From positions 20,460,001 to 20,524,000 of the forward strand of contig OZ024745.1 in NCBI GenBank assembly GCA_964016885.1: a stretch of DNA of 64,000 bases. The letters are read 5' to 3'. Numbering within the stretch: the stretch's first letter is position 1; the number at the start of each line of letters is the position of its first letter. Both the position numbers and the translations under genes were made by a program. The notes below the pieces were generated by a model that was not told where the DNA came from, made no database searches, and saw nothing but the letters and a program-made list of their open reading frames with translations. Of this stretch, positions 56,769-64,000 are shown piece after piece. This stretch comes from Eledone cirrhosa. Lineage: Eukaryota.

Positions 56769-57727
56769 GCCATTATGTAAATATAAACACTGTGATATTT
56801 TCGGGGTGAGTTTCTCCGAAGTTGTCACCACAAGTTCGACAAACTATGAATCTTGTTAAAGAATTCTCTTGCTAGCTCCACCCTGGGCATGTCCACCTCG
56901 ATCATTGTTTGAATACATATTTCCTACGATCGTTTCTCATCATTTTATCCGCCATTATATGATTAGAGGATTATTTGACCAATGTGGGTTTAGAACGCAG
57001 GACCTTGTGAGTGGAGAGCGAACTCAATGTTGTATAACTAACGATACCATTACTATTACAGACTCATATATATTAGGTCTGAATATAATTGTTTCTACTT
57101 TTGGCACAAGGCCACTAATTATCCCAGTGCATTACTGGTACTATATTTTATCGACCCCGTAAAGATGAAAAGCAACTTTATCTCGGCGGGATTTGAACAT
57201 TAGTCGTGAATATAATGGAATCAAATTCCAATTCCTACTGTCCCCCTCACTCTTGCTCTCCCTTTCTCTCACTATTTTGACCTATTAAGGTAATTTCAAT
57301 ATAATAAGAGTCACCCAGATGGAATGAGTTGTAAATTATTGGCACCGGGTTAAGTAAAAAGCTATAAATCTAGTACCAAGTGATTGTAAAACCCAGTATG
57401 TCAGTAGGGGGGTTTATGGTTTCATCAAGTGTGTTATATAGGTGTGGGGGTGATAAGAGTTGTTGTTCCAAGTAGAACAATGACAGCAACCACAACCACA
57501 ACAACAACAATAATAGCAATGACAACAACAAGAGCTACAATAATATGAACAGCGTGGTGGTGGACAAGTATGAGAAATATGATACTTATTCGATCTTAGA
57601 ATAGTTCAAGTAGTTCTCTTCTTCAAAGTGGTCTCAGCCCGCCTCTTTCTAATATAGTCACAGTCTACTATCCCAAGTATCGAGTACTCTTTTGAAGAAT
57701 GAATACTGTTTTAATACTGGTTTAATA

Positions 57728-57765
<38 letters not shown>

Positions 57766-57769
<4 letters not shown>

Positions 57770-58028
57770 GATAAATCTACCAAGAGTTTACGGTAGTGTC
57801 CAATCCGTATGAAGAACTCAATGTATTCCGGATATCATGGAAAGAAGAGATGTAATGAAGATCCACTTTCGGTGAAAGATAAACGGTATACAGAGTCAAG
57901 ATAAAATATTAAACAAATAATGAATAAACAATTCCTTATATTAAACAAAAAAACAAAAAAAGTTCATTATTTCAAATAATGAACTTTTTTTGTTTAATAT
58001 AAGGAATTGTTTATTCATTATTTGTTTA

Positions 58029-58036
<8 letters not shown>
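57766..58036. mobile_element. Paralogue of 29117-29600 ending in a palindrome centred at 57973
   Basis: 57766-57840 matches 29117-29190; 57900-57972 is the reverse complement of 57974-58036. Confidence 0.7.
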
Positions 58037-58084
<48 letters not shown>

Positions 58085-58087
<3 letters not shown>

Positions 58088-59377
58088 TAGTAGTGGTACC
58101 CGGCGTTGCACGGCATAAGGTATTTTGGAACGCGAGCCGCCAACAGACCTAATCGTGGAAAAACTGCATGCCTGGACAATATGTAAAGAAAATAAACAGA
58201 ATACTCTGATGGCTGGATAATCTAAGATTTTCCTCGATGAAGCAGGAAAAATGCAGGTTTTCACCTAGGAGATCAAGAAAATGAATTTTTTTTATGTGCA
58301 TAATATGCCTTTAAATTTCAGGAAAATCGGCTAGACGTAACGCCGCCAAAAAGCCCTAAGAAGCTGAAAAAATGAAGTTTTTTACCTAATGCGGGCCCTA
58401 GGCCATAAGAAAATTGGATTTTCTTTGCTTACGGTATGAAGAAGAGACTGAATAATGCATAGATACAATTTCAAGGAAATCGGTCTGACGTAACGCCTCA
58501 AAAAACCCTAAAAATCTTTAAAAACGCAGTTTTTCACCTAATGCGTGCCCTAGGAGATAAAAAAGTTGAATTTTTGTATGTGCATAACACTCCCTGAAAC
58601 ATAAGTAATACACATGCAAAGTTTGAAAAAAAATCGGTTGGGTATTTCTTGAGTTTTAGGGATTCAAACTCACACACACACACACACACACACACATCCC
58701 CAGGGAAGTGACGTAATGCAGACAGCAGACATACAGGCAGATAATATAAGGGCGCGACGTTATATGTATGTATCTATCTAAAAAGTGAAAGACTAAGAAT
58801 TATAGAGCGAGATCGCTAAATCGCTTAATGCGGTCTCTAGGGCATTGAAAATTTGAATTTTGTTTTGCTCAGAACACCCCCTGAAACATAAGTATTACAT
58901 GTGTAAAGTTTGAAAACAGTCGGTTTGGTGCTTCTCTACAATACTAAGGGATAAAATAGTAACTTTTGTTCTCGTAAAGGAACGTAAGAAAAACAAACCG
59001 AAGCTATTACAGCGATGTTTTTCTTTACCGGCTTTCATTTTTAGTGTTGTGTGAAATATATAACCGCGTTAGCTAAGCTTAGTATTGCTGACGTAATGCA
59101 GACAGTCAGACATACAGACATATAATATAAGGGCGCGACGTTATATGTATGTATCTATCTAAAAAGAGAAAGACTAAGAATTATAGAGCGAGATCGCTAA
59201 ATCGCCTAATGCGGTCCCTAAGCCATTGGAAATTTGAAATTGTTTTTGCTCAGAACACTCCCTGAAACATAAGTATTACATGTGTAAAGTTTGAAAACAG
59301 TTGGTTAGGTGGTTCTTGAGTTTTAGGGATTCGAACTCACACACACACACAGACAGACATCCTCAGTTTTGTATAGA
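58085..59377 (+). mobile_element. Helentron/DINE-1-like non-autonomous rolling-circle element with internal duplication
   Basis: Starts tactag..acccggcgttgcacgg; ends (CA)n cagacagacatcctcagttttgtataga; 58709-58935 is duplicated at 59089-59315. Confidence 0.6.
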
Positions 59378-59573
59378 ATTTCGTATTTCTAAAGAAATAC
59401 GGTTTTAGGAAGCCGTAGCTATGCAAACATCGGGGGGGGGGGGGGGGGGGGCTAACGCCCTCTGGTGGTGTCCAGCAGAAGCAAGGGGGACACCCATCTA
59501 TGCATTTCAGGGTTGACTGGCCTTCGTCGAAACAGTCGAGAATATATAGTTTTCTTGTCTGTGTAAATGAGGC

Positions 59574-59610
<37 letters not shown>

Positions 59611-59731
59611 CACAGGATTAGAACTGTCGAACTGTTTCATTCGAGACAGTTTTAGTCAATTTGCTGTTCACACTCTACTAATGTATTGAGTATTTTATCT
59701 ACTGTGGCTATCCCCGATTGAACCCAGGACT

Positions 59732-59788
<57 letters not shown>

Positions 59789-59793
59789 ATGTA

Positions 59794-59922
<129 letters not shown>

Positions 59923-60156
59923 GACACTGCTAAACGACATGAATATATTTCAACATCAACACAATACCACAATGCCACCATCACCGTGACTACATTTTAG
60001 AAGTGAGTAAAAATGACGGCATGACCAGGATGTTGAACCAAGTGATGAAATGCTGCTCAATCTTTGAAATTTACGTCAGTTCTATGACAGAGTAATGTCA
60101 GACACCGCCCAAATAACACGAACTTTGGTAGCATAAAATATATATATATAATCGAT

Positions 60157-61640
60157 AAGAAGAACAACAACAAGTAGAAGAAGAAGAAGAAGAAGAAGAA
60201 GAAGAAGAAGAAGAAGAAGAAGGAGGAGGGGGAGGGGGAAAAGAAGAAGAAGAAGAAGAAGAAGAAGAAGAAGAAGGAAGAGGAGGGGGAGAAGAAGAAG
60301 AAGAAGAAGAAGGAGAAGAAAAAAAAGAAAATTAGAAGACGAAGACAAAGGAGAAGACATAAATGAAGAGAAAAAGTAAGAAGTGTGGTTGTTGTAGTTG
60401 AAGAAGAAGCAGCAGAACACCAACAACAACAATAAGAACACCACCAACAACAATAAGAACACCAACAACAACAATAAGAACACCAACAACAACAATAAGA
60501 ACACCAACAACAACAATAAGAACACCAACAACAACAACAATAACACCAACAACAACAGAACCAACAACAATAAGAACACCAACAACAACAATAACACCAA
60601 CAACAACAGAACCAACAATAACAACAACACGAACACCAACAACAACAGAACCAACAACAATAACACCAACAACAACAGAACCAACAACAACAATAAGAAC
60701 ACCAACAACAACAACAAGAACACCAACAACAACAACAAGAACACCAACAACAACAACAATAACACCAACAACAACAGAACCAACAACAAGAACACCAACA
60801 ACAACAACAAGAACACCAACAACAACAGAACCAACAACAATAAGAACACCAACAACAACAATAACACCAACAACAACAGAACCAACACCAACAAGAACAC
60901 CAACAACAACAATAACACCAACAACAACAGAACCAACACCAACAAGAACACCAACAAGAACAATAACAACAACAACAACAGAACCAACACCAACAATAAC
61001 ACCAACAACAACAATAACACCAACAACAACAGAACCAACACCAACAAGAACACCAACAACAACAATAACACCAACAACAACAGAACCAACACCAACAAGA
61101 ACACCAACAACAACAATAACACCAACAACAACAGAACCAACACCAACAATAACACCAACAACAACAATAACACCAACAACAACAGAACCAACAACAACAA
61201 GAACACCAACAAGAAGAATAACACCAACAACAACAGAACCAACACCAACAAGAACACCAACAAGAACAATAACACCAACAACAACAGAACCAACACCAAC
61301 AATAACACCAACAACAACAATAACACCAACAACAACAGAACCAACAACAAGAACAACAACAATAACACCAACAACAACAATAACACCAACAACAACAGAA
61401 CCAACACCAACAAGAACACCAACAAGAACAATAACACCAACAACAACAGAACCAACAACAAGAACACCAACAACAACAATAACACCAACAACAACAGAAC
61501 CAACACCAACAATAACACCAACAACAACAATAACACCAACAACAACAGAACCAACAACAAGAACACCAACAACAACAGAACCAACACCAACAATAACACC
61601 AACAACAACAAGAACACCAACAACAACAGAACCAACAACA
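60157..61640. repeat. (GAA)n followed by an (AAC)n-based compound repeat
   Basis: Direct reading. Confidence 0.92.
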
Positions 61641-61685
61641 ATCCAGTCAGTCACAATGACAATGACACTCCCATAACATTAAATA

Positions 61686-63325
61686 TATGGTACTGTATGG
61701 TATGGTATGGTATGGTGTGGTATCGTGTGGTATGGTATGGTACTGTATGGTATCGTATGGTATGGTAATGTATGGTATGGTGTGGTATGGTATGGTATGG
61801 TATGGTACTGTATGGTATCGTATGGTAATGTATGGTATGGTGTGGTATAGTGTGGTATGGTATGGTACTGTATAGTATGGTATGGTACTGTATGGTATGG
61901 TATGGTATGGTATGGTGTGGTATCGTGTGGTATGGTATGGTACTGTATGGTATCGTATGGTATGGTAATGTATGGTATGGTGTGGTATAGTGTGGTATGG
62001 TATGGTACTGTATAGTATGGTATGGTACTGTATGGTATGGTATGGTGTGGTATGGTATGGTACTGTATGGTATGGTGTGGTATGGTATGGTATGGTACTG
62101 TATGGTATCGTATGGTATGGTATTGTATGGTATGGTGTGGTATGGTATGGTGTGGTATGGTGTGGTATGGTATGGTACTGTATGGTACTGTATGGTATGG
62201 TATGGTATGGCATGGTATGGTATTGTACTGTATGGTATGGTATGGCACTGTATGGTATGGTATGGTACTGTATGGTATGGCATGGTATGGTATGGTATGG
62301 CACTGTATCGTATGGTATGGTACTGTATGGTATGGTATGGTACTGTATGGTATGGCATGGTATGGTATGGTATGGTACTGTATCGTATGGTATGGTACTG
62401 TATGGTATGGTATGGTATGGTACTGTATGGTATGGCATGGTATGGTATGGTATGGTACTGTATGGTATGGTATGGTATGGTATGGTACTGTATGGTATGG
62501 TATGGTATGGTATGGTACTGTATGGTATGGTATGGTATGGTACTGGGTATGGTATGGTACTGTATGGTATGGTATGGTATGGTATGGTACTGGGTATGGT
62601 ATGGTACTGTATGGTATGGTATGGTATGGTATGGTACTGTATGGTATGGTACTGTATGATATGGTACTGTATGGTATGATATGGTACTGTATGGTATGGT
62701 ATTGTATGGCATGGTACTGTATGGTATGGTACTGTATGATATGGTACTGTATGGTATGATATGGTACTGTATGGTATGGTACTGTATGTTATGGTACTGT
62801 ATGGTATGGTACTGTATGGCATGGTACTGTATGGTATGGTATAGTATGGTATGGTATTGTATGGCATGGTACTGTATGATATGGTACTGTATGATATGGT
62901 ACTGTATGGTATGATATGGTACTGTATGGTATGGTATTGTATGGCATGGTAGTGTATGGTATGGTACTGTATGATATGGTACTGTATGGTATGATATGGT
63001 ACTGTATGGTATGGTATTGTATGGCATGGTACTGTATGGTATGGTACTGTATGATATGGTACTGTAAGGTATGATATGGTACTGTATGGTATGGTATTGT
63101 ATGGCATGGTACTGTATGGTATGGTACTGTATGATATGGTACTGTATGGTATGATATGGTACTGTATGGTATGGTACTGTATGTTATGGTACTGTATGGT
63201 ATGGTACTGTATGGCATGGTACTGTATGTTATGGTACTGTATGGTATGGTATTGTATGGCATGGTACTGTATGGTATGGTATAGTATCGTGTCGTATGGT
63301 ACCGTATGGTACTGTATGGTACTGT
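61686..63325. repeat. (ATGGT)n pentanucleotide satellite with ACTGT variants
   Basis: Direct reading; 5-bp periodicity. Confidence 0.95.
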
Positions 63326-64000
63326 TTCTAGAGCATTTTAAACCTGGCTGAGCCCATCTTCTCTCCAGGGGTGAGGCCAGCAGATTTCTTCCAGTGATTA
63401 AGAGGAACGAGAAGAGATATAGATGAAGAATCGACCACAGTACTAGACTGATCATTTTTTATCGACCTCGAATTGATGAAAAGCAAAGTTGACCTCGGCG
63501 TGATTTGAACTCAGAGAGCAGAGAGTTGTAATGAATGCTATAAAGCATTCTATCCGACGTTCTAACGACTCTACCACTTCACCGCCTTGGTGCAACAGAG
63601 GTGAAATATTGAATGGTACTCATACAAAATTACGGTTTGTAATTTTGTCGCAAAGCCAGAAGTTTGGAGGGAAAAGAAAGTCGATTATATCGACTCCTGT
63701 ACTTGACTAGTATTTCATTTTGTCGACCCCGGAAGTTTAAAAGTAAAGTTAACCTTGGTAGGATTTGAACTCACAGAGCAGATAATTGGAATTAATACTG
63801 AAAAGCATTCTATCCGAGGTTCTAATGACTCTGAAAACTGGAGAAGCTGTTAATGAATGTTTGAAATGTTCTCTCCTTTTCGTTGAAACTTGTTCGCAAT
63901 TACCTTTTGGTTATTCCTTAGTTTTTCCTACGTGGAGCCAATTCCAAGTTATTGGGGAATATTCTGAGCACTTTGTTCAGTATAAAACCCTTTAACTTAC

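Noticed and set aside
61686-63325. Telomeric repeat
   Set aside because: The unit is ATGGT, not TTAGGG; it is internal and degenerate.

Overview
Eukaryotic, gene-poor, very microsatellite-rich DNA ((TA)n, (CA)n, (GA)n, (CATA)n, (GATA)n). The repeat landscape and SINE types suggest an octopus or other coleoid cephalopod (inference). I can support no host protein-coding exon; almost all ORFs in the track are microsatellite translation artefacts. Real coding remnants are all from transposons: a near full-length, pseudogenised Tx1/L1-type LINE (44.0-49.7 kb, minus) in a (GATA)n tract, three RTE-type LINE 3' fragments, and a Penelope-like GIY-YIG fragment. The main signal is non-coding. (i) A 5.2-kb array of apparently identical 310-bp units (33013-38220) forms a head-to-head palindrome. 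Every full unit carries an intact type I hammerhead ribozyme (16 copies) and both ends fuse into (TA)n. (ii) About 20 further hammerhead motifs from unrelated families, including U3-A8 core variants, lie in small fold-back elements in (TA)n across the window. Together these suggest a ribozyme-driven retrozyme/Penelope-type system that inserts into TA microsatellites as divergent inverted pairs. All structures were read by eye; none has been folded or searched computationally.
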